DNA of 64,000 nucleotides from a bacterium (GCA_965202625.1 CBDBBI010000010.1:832001-896000), one strand, 5' to 3'. Positions 51,525-64,000 are shown, numbered from the stretch's first letter. Notes: generated by a model from the letters alone, not told the origin. Numbers and translations: made by a program.

Positions 51525-52068
51525 AAAAACCAGGCGAAACGATTCGCTCCACCACCATCCTCGCCCTGCGCTATAAAGGGCGAACCGCCTTGGGCGGAGA
51601 CGGTCAGGTCACCATGGGGCAGGCGGCGGTAAAGCACAGAGCCGTTAAAATTCGCAAGCTCGGTGGCGGAAAGGTGCTCGCGGGCTTTGCCGGTTCCGCC
51701 TCAGACGCCATCGCCCTATTCGAGCGATTCGAGGGGAAACTTGAGGAATACCGGGGAAACTTATCGCGCGCCGCCGTAGAGATGGGCAAAGACTGGAGAA
51801 CGGACAGGGTCTTGCGCCGTCTGGAGGCCCTTCTGGCGGTGGCGGATGTGAAAACCTCGCTCATCTTGTCAGGCACGGGCGACATCATCGAGCCGGACGA
51901 CGGAGTTCTCGGAATCGGCAGCGGCGGCCCCATCGCCACCGCCGCCGCGCGCGCCATGCTGAGATTGGAGCCCGACTTAGACGCCGATGAAATTGTAAGG
52001 CGATCTTTGGAAATCGCGGCGGATATTTGCATCTACACCAACAAAAACATCTCAGTGGAAACGCTCTG

Positions 52069-52069
<1 letters not shown>
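51521..52069 (+). CDS. hslV: ATP-dependent protease peptidase subunit HslV
   Basis: TTIL, GDGQVT, GFAGS, IGSGG. Confidence 0.96.
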
Positions 52070-53427
<1,358 letters not shown>

Positions 53428-53534
53428 AACCTAGACTTGTCCACCCCTTGGCCTCAAGCCTCTGGGGGGTGTATATTTCTCGCCTGTGAAGAAAAATTCA
53501 TATCTCGTTCGTTATTTTTGAAGGTTCCTCGCGG

Positions 53535-54410
53535 ATGGAAGAAAAAGACAGAGCGGCGACGTTGGTTGAAGCACTGCCCTACATTCAACAGTTCGCCGGC
53601 AAAACCATCGTCGTCAAATACGGCGGGGCCGCCCAAGTGCGAGCGGAGCTCCACGCCCCGTTCGCCCAAGATATCGTGCTTCTCAAATACGTGGGGATCA
53701 ACGTGGTCGTCGTTCACGGTGGTGGTCCTCAAATTGGCGAGACTCTCAAAAAAATCGGAAAAACCAGTGAGTTCATTGAAGGTCTCCGGGTGACGGACGA
53801 GGAGACAGTCGGCATCGTGGAGATGGTGCTTTCCGGCTCCACGAACAAGGGCATCGTAAGACTTATCAACCAACACGGGGGCAACGCCGTGGGTCTCTCT
53901 GGTTCTGATGCTGGCCTCACGACGGCGAAAAAACTCACCATGAACAAAAAAGGGCCATTCGGAGAAGACGTGGAATACGATTTGGGGCGCGTCGGCGATG
54001 TCTTGTCCATACGACCCGAAATAATCCACCATCTCACTGAGGGCGGGTTCATCCCCGTCATCGCTCCCTTAGGCGTGGGACGAGACGGCAGCATCTACAA
54101 CATCAACGCCGACTCAGTCGCCGGTGCCATCGCCGGGGCGCTTCATGCGGAAAAATTCATACTCCTCACGGACGTGCCCGGCATTCTGGACACAAGCCAA
54201 AACCTTATCAGCACCCTCAGGCGCGATGAAGTCAAACGATTAAAAGACGAGAAAATCCTCACCGGCGGCATGATTCCGAAAGTGGACGCTTGCCTGAACG
54301 CGCTCTCATCCAGCGTGGCAAAAACCCACGTCGTAGACGGCAGAGTCCCTCACGCCGTTTTGCTCGAAGTGTTCACGAAAGAAGGCGTGGGCACGCAAAT
54401 CGTCAGATAA
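53535..54410 (+). CDS. argB: Acetylglutamate kinase
   Basis: VVKYGG, HGGGPQI, NINAD, GGMIPK. Confidence 0.96.
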   Translation: MEEKDRAATLVEALPYIQQFAGKTIVVKYGGAAQVRAELHAPFAQDIVLLKYVGINVVVVHGGGPQIGETLKKIGKTSEFIEGLRVTDEETVGIVEMVLSGSTNKGIVRLINQHGGNAVGLSGSDAGLTTAKKLTMNKKGPFGEDVEYDLGRVGDVLSIRPEIIHHLTEGGFIPVIAPLGVGRDGSIYNINADSVAGAIAGALHAEKFILLTDVPGILDTSQNLISTLRRDEVKRLKDEKILTGGMIPKVDACLNALSSSVAKTHVVDGRVPHAVLLEVFTKEGVGTQIVR

Positions 54411-54430
54411 GCTCATCCTTGAGGAGAAGC

Positions 54431-55624
54431 ATGGGCAACTCGAAACTGATCGCAGATGCTGAATTACACGTCGCCCCCACCTACGGACGCTATCCCATCG
54501 CCTTGGTACGCGGCGAAGGTTGCCGCGTCTGGGATGCAGACGGAAAAGATTATCTGGATTTCGTGTCCGGCCTAGCTGTCTGCAGCCTCGGACATTGCCA
54601 CCCCGTCGTGGTGGCCGCCATAAGAGAACAGGCCGGAGAGTTGATTCACGTCTCGAACCTCTACCACGTCGAACCTCAAATCGAGTTAGCGAAAAAACTC
54701 AACCGCCTCTCTTTCGGCGACAAAGTGTTTTTCTGCAACAGTGGAACGGAAGCCGTGGAAGCGGCACTGAAACTCGCCAGAAAGTACTCATATAAAAAAT
54801 ATGGCGAGGGCCGCCATGAAATTTTAAGTTTTGACATGAGCTTTCATGGCCGCACCATGGCTTCGCTCACCGCCACGGGGCAAACGAAATTTCACGGTGC
54901 GTTCAAGCCATTGGTACCTGGCTTTCGGCACCTACCTTTCGACGACGCAGAATCCGTAGCCAACGCGGTCACTGACGAGACTTGCGCCATTATGGTGGAG
55001 CCCATACAAGGCGAAGGAGGCGTCAATGTCCCCGCCGAGGGCTACCTAAAGGAGTTGCGCAATATATGCGACGCGAACGACCTGCTCTTACTTTTTGACG
55101 AGGTGCAAGTCGGCTTGGGCAGAACTGGAAAACTTTGGGCGCACGAGCACGAGGGCGTAGTTCCAGACGCCATGAGCTTAGCGAAGGCCTTGGCGGGCGG
55201 CGTCGCTATCGGCGCACTGGTGGCGTCGGATAAAGCCATGGCGTTTGCGCCCGGGGATCACGCGGCGACGTTCGGGGGCAATCCCCTAGCCACCGCTGCA
55301 GGGTGTGCCGCGCTGGACGCCATCGCCGCGCCCGAATTCCTCAGGCGCGTCGAGGAAATGGGCGCATACGCCATGGCCAGCCTCGAGAACTTAGCCGCGC
55401 GACACGCCATCATCAAAGACGTCAGAGGCAAGGGGCTCATCATTGGTTGCGAGGTGGATCGGGACGCGACGCCCATCGTCGCCAAGGGTTTGGAGGCCGG
55501 CTTCTTGCTCAACGTGGCCGTCCAAAAAGTCATTCGACTCATTCCGCCCCTGATCGTGGAAAGAGAGATGATCGACAACCTGATGAACTTCCTAGATGAA
55601 GCCCTTGCGGATTTAGCGAAATGA
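54431..55624 (+). CDS. argD: Acetylornithine aminotransferase
   Basis: NSGTEA, FHGRT, EPIQGEGG, DEVQVG, LAKALAGG. Confidence 0.94.
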   Translation: MGNSKLIADAELHVAPTYGRYPIALVRGEGCRVWDADGKDYLDFVSGLAVCSLGHCHPVVVAAIREQAGELIHVSNLYHVEPQIELAKKLNRLSFGDKVFFCNSGTEAVEAALKLARKYSYKKYGEGRHEILSFDMSFHGRTMASLTATGQTKFHGAFKPLVPGFRHLPFDDAESVANAVTDETCAIMVEPIQGEGGVNVPAEGYLKELRNICDANDLLLLFDEVQVGLGRTGKLWAHEHEGVVPDAMSLAKALAGGVAIGALVASDKAMAFAPGDHAATFGGNPLATAAGCAALDAIAAPEFLRRVEEMGAYAMASLENLAARHAIIKDVRGKGLIIGCEVDRDATPIVAKGLEAGFLLNVAVQKVIRLIPPLIVEREMIDNLMNFLDEALADLAK

Positions 55625-56550
55625 AAGACCTCCACTACCTCACCGGAGACGAACTGACCGCCGCCCAAACGCTTCATCTCATTGAAGAAGCGATCGCCCA
55701 GAAAAAAGAAACAACCAAACGAGAGATTCACCCCGTTTTGGCGGGAATGAATTTTGCGCTCCTTTTCGAAAAGCACTCTACCAGAACGAGGGTTTCTTTC
55801 GAGGCCGCTCTCTCTCAACTAGGCGCGAACGCGATTTTTCTCTCACCGAACGACGCACAACTCGCCCGGGGAGAATCTCCCGCGGACAGCGCGAAGGTTC
55901 TGAGCGAATACGTGGACGGGATTATAGTAAGAACATACGAACATTCGCGCGTGGAGGAAGTCGCCTCAAATGCGAGTGTTTCCGTCATCAATGGCCTCAC
56001 GGACCTCCATCACCCATGCCAAGCCCTCGCCGATTTTCTGACGATCAGGGAGCATTACAACACTTTGGAGAACGTAAAGCTCGCGTACGTGGGCGATGGA
56101 AACAACGTTTTGCATTCTTTGTTGATCGTGGGCGCGTTAATCGGAGTTAACGTCAGCGCCGCATGTCCAAAAACGTATCGGCCCGATTCCGCTGTCCTGG
56201 CGCACGCCCAGAGACTGGCGCAAGAGTCAAACGCCAAAATCGAGATTACGAACAAGGTGGAAGAAGCATGTATGGAGGCCAACGTCATTTACACGGACGT
56301 ATGGACTTCCATGGGCCAAGAGAATGAGAATGAGCGCCGCCAAAAGGGGTTAGCCGCATATCAAGTGAACGAAGAGGCGTTTCAACACGCACATAAGGAC
56401 GCCATCTTCATGCACTGCCTGCCCGCACACAGGGGAGAAGAGGTGACGAAAGACGTAATGGACGGCCCCCGGAGCGTCGTTTTCAAACAAGCCGGAAATC
56501 GGCTCCATGCGCAGAAAATCCTCCTGCAAATTCTGGTCCGAGGGATCTGA
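55621..56550 (+). CDS. argF: Ornithine carbamoyltransferase
   Basis: STRTR, HPCQ, SMG, HCLP. Confidence 0.96.
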   Translation: MKDLHYLTGDELTAAQTLHLIEEAIAQKKETTKREIHPVLAGMNFALLFEKHSTRTRVSFEAALSQLGANAIFLSPNDAQLARGESPADSAKVLSEYVDGIIVRTYEHSRVEEVASNASVSVINGLTDLHHPCQALADFLTIREHYNTLENVKLAYVGDGNNVLHSLLIVGALIGVNVSAACPKTYRPDSAVLAHAQRLAQESNAKIEITNKVEEACMEANVIYTDVWTSMGQENENERRQKGLAAYQVNEEAFQHAHKDAIFMHCLPAHRGEEVTKDVMDGPRSVVFKQAGNRLHAQKILLQILVRGI

Positions 56551-57764
56551 TGGCACTTAAGCCAAACAAAGTGGTACTCGCCTACTCCGGAGGGCTGGAC
56601 ACTTCCGTCATGCTCAAATGGATCCGGGAAAAATATAATTGCCCTGTCGTGGCCTATGCGGCGAACGTTGGCCAAGGCGCCGGCGAGCTCGAAGGCTTGG
56701 AGGAAAAGGCTTTGGCCACGGGCGCTGAGTCTTGTCATATCCTAGACTTACGAGAAGAATTCGCGCGTGATTATATTTTCCCGATACTTCGTGCCGGGGC
56801 GGTGTATGAAGGCGCGTACCTGCTCGGGACGTCTATCGCTAGACCCCTGATCGCCAAAGGGCACATGGAGGTTCTCCGAAAAACGAGAGCGAACGCCGTT
56901 GCCCACGGCGCGACAGGCAAGGGAAACGACCAGGTGCGCTTTGAATTCTCCTATGCCTCCATGGACCCGGACGTCACTATCATCGCGCCCTGGCGTGATT
57001 GGGACTTCGGGGGGCGCTCACAACTCATCGCCTACGCCGAAAGACACAGTATCCCAGTACCCGTTACGGCAGAAAAACCATACTCCATGGACAGAAACCT
57101 CCTTCACATCAGTTTCGAAGGCGGAATTCTCGAGGATCCCTGGATGGAACCGCCCGAGGACATGTACGTCCTTAGCGTATCGCCCGAGAAGGCGCCTGAC
57201 GCGCCTGAATACGCCGAGATCGAATTCGACAAAGGCAATCCCGTCTCCCTGAACGGGGAGCCTCTCTCGCCGGTCGCCATGATGGAGCAGCTCAACACCC
57301 TGGCGGGTACCCATGGCGTAGGTCGAGTGGACTTGGTGGAAAACCGCTTCGTAGGGATGAAGAGCAGAGGCGTTTATGAAACGCCCGCGGGCACAGTGCT
57401 TCACGCGGCGCGTCGGGCGGTGGAATCCCTCACGATGGATCGCGAAGTCATCCAGTTGCGCGATTCACTCATCCCCAAATACGCGCAACTCGTCTACAAC
57501 GGTTTTTGGTTCGCGCCCGAGCGAGAATTTCTACAATCCGCCATCGATCTCGCATCAGAAGGGGTCTGCGGCACCGCCAAAATCAAACTCTATAAGGGCA
57601 CGTGCAGCGTTGTCGGAAGAAAGGCGCCTGAGAACATGAGCCTTTATCGTCCCGACATCGCCACTTTCGAGGAAGATGCGGTTTATTCCCAAAAAGACGC
57701 GGAAGGATTCATTCGCTTGAACGCACTGCGGCTGCGGATACGAGCGCAACGAGACTCTGTATAA
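56550..57764 (+). CDS. argG: Argininosuccinate synthase
   Basis: [31 protein letters not shown]. Confidence 0.97.
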   Translation: MALKPNKVVLAYSGGLDTSVMLKWIREKYNCPVVAYAANVGQGAGELEGLEEKALATGAESCHILDLREEFARDYIFPILRAGAVYEGAYLLGTSIARPLIAKGHMEVLRKTRANAVAHGATGKGNDQVRFEFSYASMDPDVTIIAPWRDWDFGGRSQLIAYAERHSIPVPVTAEKPYSMDRNLLHISFEGGILEDPWMEPPEDMYVLSVSPEKAPDAPEYAEIEFDKGNPVSLNGEPLSPVAMMEQLNTLAGTHGVGRVDLVENRFVGMKSRGVYETPAGTVLHAARRAVESLTMDREVIQLRDSLIPKYAQLVYNGFWFAPEREFLQSAIDLASEGVCGTAKIKLYKGTCSVVGRKAPENMSLYRPDIATFEEDAVYSQKDAEGFIRLNALRLRIRAQRDSV

Positions 57765-57828
57765 GCTATCTATCCGCCTCACTCATTGTCATCCTTTCAG
57801 GCCAACACGTGTTCCGCCTCTAGGATAT

Positions 57829-58761
57829 TTAGGCTTTGGCCGCCGATCTTTTCTTGCTTCTCGATCCACCGCGCGCCGCTTCTGGCCATGCCAACAGGAT
57901 GGGACTTGCCACGTAGATGGAAGAATACGTACCCACCACGATGCCCACCGCAAGCGCAAACGCCACGTCAGAAATTACATCGCCCCCCAAGAACAAGAAC
58001 GCCAACACGGCGACGAGCGTTGTTCCAGAGGTGAGCAACGTCCGAGAAAGGGTCTGATTGATGGATTTATTGACGAGATCGGATAAATCCGCCCGCCTTG
58101 AGGTGCGCGTATTTTCCCGAATGCGATCAAACACGACAATGGTATCATTCAACGAATAACCGATGATCGTGAGAATCGCCGCAACGATGGGGAGTGAGAA
58201 CTCCTTGCCAGATAAAGAAAATACGCCGAGCGTGATGAGGACGTCGTGCAACAGTGCCACGACCGATGCGATCGCCTGGCGAAACTGAAACCGAAAACTG
58301 ATGTAAATCAAGATTCCGACGAGGGCGAACAACATGCTGCTGAGCGCTTTCTGGCGCAAGTCCGCCCCTACTTTGGGTCCCACCATCTCGGTTCGCCTCA
58401 TCAAAAAAGCATCTTTGCCAAATTTTTCCACAAGTGCCTCTTTCACGAGAGATTCGACGCCCTCTACGTTGCCCGAACTCCTCTCTACTCGAATCAAAAA
58501 CTCTCTGTCAGAACCAAAATTCTGGATGACCGTATCGCCCAAAGAAGGCATGGCAACTGCGCTGCGCACATCTCCAATCGACGGGGAGGTCGCTTGGAAT
58601 TGCACTTGCACTAGCGTTCCACCAGTAAAATCAATGCCGTAGTTTATTCCTTTTGCGAAAAGAAGAAGAACGGAAACCACGACAGCCGCGCTGGAGACGC
58701 CGACGAAGAACTTGACTTTTCCAATGATGTTGTATACTGCATCTGGTCGGATGAGCTCCAT
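57829..58761 (-). CDS. secF: Protein translocase subunit SecF
   Basis: GIDFTGG, VGPKVG, GYSLNDTIVVFDRIRE. Confidence 0.96.
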   Translation of the reverse strand: MELIRPDAVYNIIGKVKFFVGVSSAAVVVSVLLLFAKGINYGIDFTGGTLVQVQFQATSPSIGDVRSAVAMPSLGDTVIQNFGSDREFLIRVERSSGNVEGVESLVKEALVEKFGKDAFLMRRTEMVGPKVGADLRQKALSSMLFALVGILIYISFRFQFRQAIASVVALLHDVLITLGVFSLSGKEFSLPIVAAILTIIGYSLNDTIVVFDRIRENTRTSRRADLSDLVNKSINQTLSRTLLTSGTTLVAVLAFLFLGGDVISDVAFALAVGIVVGTYSSIYVASPILLAWPEAARGGSRSKKRSAAKA

Positions 58762-60311
58762 TATATACTCAGACTTCTCACATCGGTTCGGAACAAGAAT
58801 AAATCATACACAAATCTGGTGACAAAAATCGCTGTGAACATACTCGCCACAATACCAATGCTGAGGGTGACAGCGAACCCCTTGATGGGCCCCGTGCCAA
58901 ATTGCAAAAGCACCAACGCAGCGATGAGCGTCGTCACGTTCGCATCCAAAATCGTGAGGAAGGCTTTTCCATAACCAGAAGCAACGGCGGAACGGATGGT
59001 CTTTCCCAAGCGCAATTCTTCTCTGATTCTCTCAAAAATCAAAACGTTGGCGTCCACCGCCATGCCGACCGTCAGCACGATGCCGGCGATTCCCGGAAGG
59101 GTGAGCGTAGCACCGAAGAATCCAAGCGCCCCCATGAGTATCAATAGATTAAAGAGCAGAGCGATGATGGCCACGGTGCCGCTCAGTTTGTAGTAGATGG
59201 CCATGAACATCAAAACGAGTATGAACCCAACGATGATGCTCACGAGGCCCTGACGCACAGAATCTGCACCCAGAGATGGCCCGACGTTTCTTTCTTCCAA
59301 AACTTCCACCGGGGCGGGAAGCGCGCCCGCTCTCAGGGCTATCGCCAAATCCCTCGCTTCTTCGAGCGTGAAACTTCCCGTTATCTGCGCCCTCCCCTGG
59401 CTGATCCGCTCCTGTATGATGGGAGCACTATATACGACTCCATCCAGGACGATGGCGAGACGCTGGCCCACGTTGGCCGCCGTGAGGTGGTCGAAAGCAT
59501 CCGCTCCTTTGGCGTCAAATGCGATGGATACGTAGGGCTGGTTGAATCGATCTCCGATCTCCACGCGCGCATCGGTCAAGTTGGCCCCGGTCAGGGCAGC
59601 TTCTCTCTTCACGAGCAAGGGGGTGCGCTCGCGCACCTCGCCCGTCCGGTTGTCCCTTGACACTTCATATAAAAGCTCTAGGCCCTCAGGCGCGCGATTA
59701 CTTTCTTGCGCGCGCGCGACGTTGGCGTCGCCATCCACCATTTTGAACTCCAAAAGCGCCGTTTTTCCGATGAGAGACTTCGCTCTGGAAGGATCATCCA
59801 CTCCGGGCAGCTGAACGATGATCCGTCTCTCACCCTGCCGCTGAAGCGTAGGTTCACGCACGCCAAACTGGTCGATGCGATTTCGAATCGTCTCAAGTGC
59901 CTGAACGATCGACTGCTCTTTCGTCCGTTCCATTTGTTGCTGTGATAAGAAATAGACAAACGTTGGAGGCACACCCTCTTCCTTCTCTAGGGTGAGGTCC
60001 GGGTAATCTTGCATCATCGTGAGAAAATGCGCCCTATCGGATGAGCGATGAAGGGCAACGCTTATTCTCAGTGCATCGCGCTTGAAGAATCGGGTGCGTA
60101 TATCATCTCTGGAAAGACGATTTCTCAGCTCTGTAAAGTAGCGGTCCATCTTCGATTCCACCGCTGTTTCCGCTTGCACCTCAAGGACTAGGTGAATCCC
60201 GCCCTGCAAATCAAGCCCGAGATTGATGCGCTCGTTCGGGGGAATCAAATAAAACGCGGACGCGGCGATGACTATCGCTATCAAACCCGCCCGCCAACCT
60301 GTGTCTCTCAT
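58761..60311 (-). CDS. secD: Protein translocase subunit SecD
   Basis: LGLDLQGG, RIDQFGVREP, GMAVDANVLIFERIREE. Confidence 0.96.
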   Translation of the reverse strand: MRDTGWRAGLIAIVIAASAFYLIPPNERINLGLDLQGGIHLVLEVQAETAVESKMDRYFTELRNRLSRDDIRTRFFKRDALRISVALHRSSDRAHFLTMMQDYPDLTLEKEEGVPPTFVYFLSQQQMERTKEQSIVQALETIRNRIDQFGVREPTLQRQGERRIIVQLPGVDDPSRAKSLIGKTALLEFKMVDGDANVARAQESNRAPEGLELLYEVSRDNRTGEVRERTPLLVKREAALTGANLTDARVEIGDRFNQPYVSIAFDAKGADAFDHLTAANVGQRLAIVLDGVVYSAPIIQERISQGRAQITGSFTLEEARDLAIALRAGALPAPVEVLEERNVGPSLGADSVRQGLVSIIVGFILVLMFMAIYYKLSGTVAIIALLFNLLILMGALGFFGATLTLPGIAGIVLTVGMAVDANVLIFERIREELRLGKTIRSAVASGYGKAFLTILDANVTTLIAALVLLQFGTGPIKGFAVTLSIGIVASMFTAIFVTRFVYDLFLFRTDVRSLSI

Positions 60312-60383
60312 GAAACTCCCCTCGCCAAGAGTCTCAACGCTACCCATTCACAATCATTTCACCGAATGAACAGCAAAATCACT

Positions 60384-60776
60384 TCACTTTTGTTTTTCTC
60401 GTTTTTCTTGCTGAGCAGCCTTGTTTTTGTTCGTGTTCGCGCCCGAGTCACTCGCCGTCACAAAGGACTTCTGCACGCGAATGCGCACGTTCTCATCTAC
60501 TTTCAGCGTCACAACGTCGTCCTTGATTCTCGCCACCTCGCCCAAAATTCCATTTGCGACCACCTGATCTCCAGGTCTTAGAGCCTTCTGCATTCTACGA
60601 ATTTCCTGCTGTCTCTTCTGTTGGGGCCTGATCATGATGAAATATATTATGGCGAAAATCATCAAAAACGGCGCCAATTGAATCAAAAAATTCTGCTGTC
60701 CTCCGCCACCTCCAGAGGGTGCCATAGCATAGGCGGCGGAAGAACCCATAAACCATGTCACAAAAGAATCAAGCAT
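60384..60776 (-). CDS. yajC: Preprotein translocase subunit YajC
   Basis: TM followed by YFIMIRPQQKR, LRPGD; upstream of secD. Confidence 0.93.
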   Translation of the reverse strand: MLDSFVTWFMGSSAAYAMAPSGGGGGQQNFLIQLAPFLMIFAIIYFIMIRPQQKRQQEIRRMQKALRPGDQVVANGILGEVARIKDDVVTLKVDENVRIRVQKSFVTASDSGANTNKNKAAQQEKREKQK

Positions 60777-60877
60777 TCTTTGAAATCTCCATATAAACGC
60801 GCCACGCCGGGTGCTTGACAAGTTTTCGTAGCAAAGCCCCCATCCCTTGTCAAGCAAAGGCGTTAAGAATCAGTCGC

Positions 60878-62080
60878 TTATTCTTTGGCGAGGGTTTCGG
60901 AAACAAAGCGCCCTGAGCGATCCCGGCGCACCCGTCCAGCCCCTAGAGGTTCTGCCGCATCTTGGGCGAGTGGTCCAGCGAGTCGTTCGTCCGCCCATAA
61001 GGAGAAACGACCCTGACCGATTGCTTTTCGGGCCTGCGCGAGCAAATCTTGATAAAAATAAAGATTGTGAATGCTCATGAGACGCAAGCCCAAAGTTTCC
61101 TTCGCCTGGAACAAGTGCCTCAGATATGCTCGGCTATATCCTCTCTGGCATACGTGACACCCGCAATTCGGATCAATGGGCCCGGGAGCCTCAGCATGAA
61201 AGGCGTTCTTGATAGACAACCTTCCTCCCCATGAGAAAAGATTTCCGCGCCTCGCATGGCGAGTCGGAATCACACAGTCGAACATATCCGCGCCCTTGCG
61301 AATCCCTCGAATCAAATCCGCTGGAGTGCCCATTCCCATCACATAACGCGGCTTGTCAGGCGGCAAGACATCCGTGACCGCATCGAGAAGAGAAGCGGTC
61401 TTCACTTTTTTCTCACCCAAACAAAGGCCGCCAATCGCGTAGCCTGGAAAATCGATTTTCACCAGCTCCCTTGCACTCCGTCGCCTTAAATCCTCAAAAC
61501 CTCCTCCTTGAACAATAGCAAAAAGGGATTGATCTTCGCGCGCATGCGCTTCTTTGGCCCTTTGGGCCCAAAAAGTTGTGCGGGATAAGGCTTGATGTGC
61601 CTCATCCCGGGTATGCGGAAAGCCCAAAGGCTCATCGAGCACCATCGCAATGTCGGAGCCCAAGTTTTCTTGAATCGCAACAGTGCGCTCGGGCGTCAGC
61701 ATCATCCGCGCGCCATCAATGTGACTTTGAAAATCAATTCCCTTATCCGTGCTCTTGGCGAGTGGAGCCAAGCTGAAAAGCTGATATCCGCCACTATCGG
61801 TCAAGATGGGTCCGTCCCAACCCATGAACCTATGAAGCCCACCCAGCCTGGCGACAACATCGGCACCCGGTCTGAGAGAGAGATGATACGCATTGGCAAG
61901 AATAATCTGGCAGCCCGTCGACAGCAAATCCTCAGGCGCAAGGGTCTTTACAGTCGCCTGGGTGCCGACAGCCATGAAAGCGGGTGTCTTCGCCTCGCCA
62001 CGCGAAAAGACGAGACGACCCGTGCGAGCCTTGCTCCTCGCGTCTTGATGGGTGAGATGAAACTCCAAAGGCATATTCAC
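60878..62080 (-). CDS. tgt: Queuine tRNA-ribosyltransferase
   Basis: TPAFMAVGT, TDSGGYQ, DMFDCVIPT, CGCHVC. Confidence 0.95.
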   Translation of the reverse strand: MNMPLEFHLTHQDARSKARTGRLVFSRGEAKTPAFMAVGTQATVKTLAPEDLLSTGCQIILANAYHLSLRPGADVVARLGGLHRFMGWDGPILTDSGGYQLFSLAPLAKSTDKGIDFQSHIDGARMMLTPERTVAIQENLGSDIAMVLDEPLGFPHTRDEAHQALSRTTFWAQRAKEAHAREDQSLFAIVQGGGFEDLRRRSARELVKIDFPGYAIGGLCLGEKKVKTASLLDAVTDVLPPDKPRYVMGMGTPADLIRGIRKGADMFDCVIPTRHARRGNLFSWGGRLSIKNAFHAEAPGPIDPNCGCHVCQRGYSRAYLRHLFQAKETLGLRLMSIHNLYFYQDLLAQARKAIGQGRFSLWADERLAGPLAQDAAEPLGAGRVRRDRSGRFVSETLAKE

Positions 62081-62829
62081 AGGATATGTATCGGCCCCTC
62101 TGCACTTCCGACGATGAACTGGCGCACGAGAGGATCGGTCGATGCCCGAATTTCGTCCGGACCTCCAGTGAACACCATTCTACCCTGGTGCAACATCCCC
62201 ACATAGTGAACAAATTCAAGCACCTTTTTCACGTCATGGCTTATCATTACGGACGTCACCCGCAACATTTCCTGCATGTGAACGATGAGGCGATGGATGG
62301 AATCCGTGAGCATCGGATCGAGCCCCGTCGTCGGTTCATCATACAAGACGATTTCAGGCTCGCGGATAATCGCTCTTGCCAAACCCACGCGCTTCTTCAT
62401 TCCGCCCGATAACTGGGAGGGCATCCTCGCCTCTACGCCGTCAAGCCCCACCAGGCGCAACGTCTCTTTCACGCGACCCGATATTTCCGAGCGCGTCAGA
62501 CTGGAATGCTCCATCAATGGAAACGCCACGTTCTCCTCCACCGTCATCGAATCGAACAAAGCCGCTCCCTGAAAGAGCATCCCGAATTTTGAGCGCGCCT
62601 GATTCAACTCTCGTCCGCGCAATTTTGAAACGTCGGCACCATCTATCAAAATTTCACCGCTGTCAGGACGTATCAGACCCAATGAATGTTTCAACAATAC
62701 GCTTTTACCCTCACCGCTTCGTCCTATGATTGCGGTGATGCGCCCGGGCGGAATCTGAAAATCCACGCCGCGCAACACCTGATTCCCGTCAAAACTCTTC
62801 TTCACTGCCTTGTATTCAATTTTCGCCAT
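62077..62829 (-). CDS. mlaF: ABC transporter ATP-binding protein, MlaF/Ttg2A family
   Basis: GRSGEGKS, FQGAALFDSMTV, LSGGMKKRVGLARA, YDEPTTGLDP. Confidence 0.82.
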   Translation of the reverse strand: MAKIEYKAVKKSFDGNQVLRGVDFQIPPGRITAIIGRSGEGKSVLLKHSLGLIRPDSGEILIDGADVSKLRGRELNQARSKFGMLFQGAALFDSMTVEENVAFPLMEHSSLTRSEISGRVKETLRLVGLDGVEARMPSQLSGGMKKRVGLARAIIREPEIVLYDEPTTGLDPMLTDSIHRLIVHMQEMLRVTSVMISHDVKKVLEFVHYVGMLHQGRMVFTGGPDEIRASTDPLVRQFIVGSAEGPIHIL

Positions 62830-62860
62830 CGCCACCCTGTCCCCAGAGAACAACAATTCC

Positions 62861-64000
62861 CTACAACCTGCGAATGTGGGTAACCTGATTTTTCCTCAAA
62901 TAAACTCTCGGTGCGCGGCTCCCTACTCCGCACATGATTTCATAGGGTATCGTTTCAGCCCTATCCGCCATCTCTTCACAGCTGATAATCTCATCACCCT
63001 GCTCACCCAAAAGGACAACTTCATCTCCTAGAGCAACGCTCCCGATTTTTGACACATCGAGCGCTATCATGTCCATCGATACACGTCCGGCGAGGGGAAC
63101 TCGCGCACCGTTGATCAACACATCCGCTCGGTTGGAGAGAATGCGCGGATACCCATCGCCATACCCTGCCGCCGCTACGGCCATCTGACCAGGAAAATTT
63201 CTTTGATACGCTCCGCCATATCCTATGGGTTGGCCAGCATCGATGCTCTTCACCTGTAATATTTTCGTGACCCACCTCATGGCGGATTTAACAGATATAT
63301 TTTTAGAGAATTGAGGAGACGACCCATAAAGCGCGATCCCCAAACGCGCTAGGTTACCAGGGATATGAGGGTAATTTAACAACCCTGCGCTGTTCGCCGT
63401 GTGCACATGAGGGGGGAGCAGATCCTTTTCCCGTAGAACACGAATCAGCCCTTCTATCCCATGAATTTGGGACTTGGTCGCACCTCCTCCTTCCTCCTCG
63501 TCCGCGCGCGCAAGGTGGCTCATCAGACCGGCAACCTCGATGCCTTTCTGCTGGGACACCTTTTGAATGAAATCAACGGCTTCGGGTGGATACAATCCCA
63601 ACCGCCCCATCCCAGAGTCCACTTTGACGTGGATTCTCGCTTTTGTGCCCATCCCCTTCGCCACATTCGCCAACCCTTCAATCTGCTCCATATGCCAAAC
63701 AGTGGCGTCGCAATCCGCCTCCACGAGCCTTTCCGCGATATCCGCCAGCGTGTCGCTCATCACCAGTATCCGCGCATCGGAAAATCTGTCTCTCGGGTTG
63801 AAAACATGGGCGGCGCGAAGCGATTCCGCCTCCTCAATGGTCGCAACGCCAAACCATCTGGCACCCGCTTCATAAACGGCTCGTGCAACCTCCACCCCCC
63901 CGTGCCCGTAAGCCTCCGCTTTCACGACGGTGAGCGGTTCCTGAGAAAGAAGCGGATCGGTCAAATTTTTATAATTTTGAATCAAGATATCTAAATTGAT
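62861..64000 (-). CDS. alr: Alanine racemase (5' end beyond the window)
   Basis: VVKAEAYGHG, KVDSGMGRLG, GYGDGYPR, GRVSMD, TIPYE. The frame stays open to the window end (INLDILIQNY). Confidence 0.94.
   Translation of the reverse strand: MNLDILIQNYKNLTDPLLSQEPLTVVKAEAYGHGGVEVARAVYEAGARWFGVATIEEAESLRAAHVFNPRDRFSDARILVMSDTLADIAERLVEADCDATVWHMEQIEGLANVAKGMGTKARIHVKVDSGMGRLGLYPPEAVDFIQKVSQQKGIEVAGLMSHLARADEEEGGGATKSQIHGIEGLIRVLREKDLLPPHVHTANSAGLLNYPHIPGNLARLGIALYGSSPQFSKNISVKSAMRWVTKILQVKSIDAGQPIGYGGAYQRNFPGQMAVAAAGYGDGYPRILSNRADVLINGARVPLAGRVSMDMIALDVSKIGSVALGDEVVLLGEQGDEIISCEEMADRAETIPYEIMCGVGSRAPRVYLRKNQVTHIRRL

Overview
Bacterial chromosomal window, GC-rich. The gene order mreBCD-mrdA-rodA-[radical SAM]-rng and dprA-topA-trmFO-xerC-hslVU-argBDFG suggests a deltaproteobacteria-like or Nitrospinota/Tectomicrobia-like lineage (inference only). 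1-3.6 kb is a defence patch: a type II R-M pair plus two solitary PD-(D/E)xK nucleases punctuated by a degenerate 52-bp direct repeat. 3.7-21 kb is accessory metabolism: TRAP transporter, SDR, an ATP-citrate-lyase-like CoA ligase pair, aminotransferases, tRNA-Glu, a secreted CPDGSYV-repeat protein and a UGA/SECIS-encoded AhpD/CMD selenoprotein. 21.3-26 kb is a ubiquitin-like sulfur-carrier cysteine operon (cysK, Ubl ending GG-L, two ThiF/MoeB proteins, cysM, JAMM peptidase, Rrf2). The best candidate for a new system is the ThiF/MoeB pair, which is reciprocally degenerate: one keeps only the N-terminal arginine finger and dimer helices, the other only the ATP/Zn/catalytic machinery. This suggests a bacterial heterodimeric E1 analogous to eukaryotic SAE1-UBA2 or APPBP1-UBA3. 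The remainder is housekeeping. Three genes in the window are frameshifted or decayed. All calls come from motif recognition by eye; no database searches were run.
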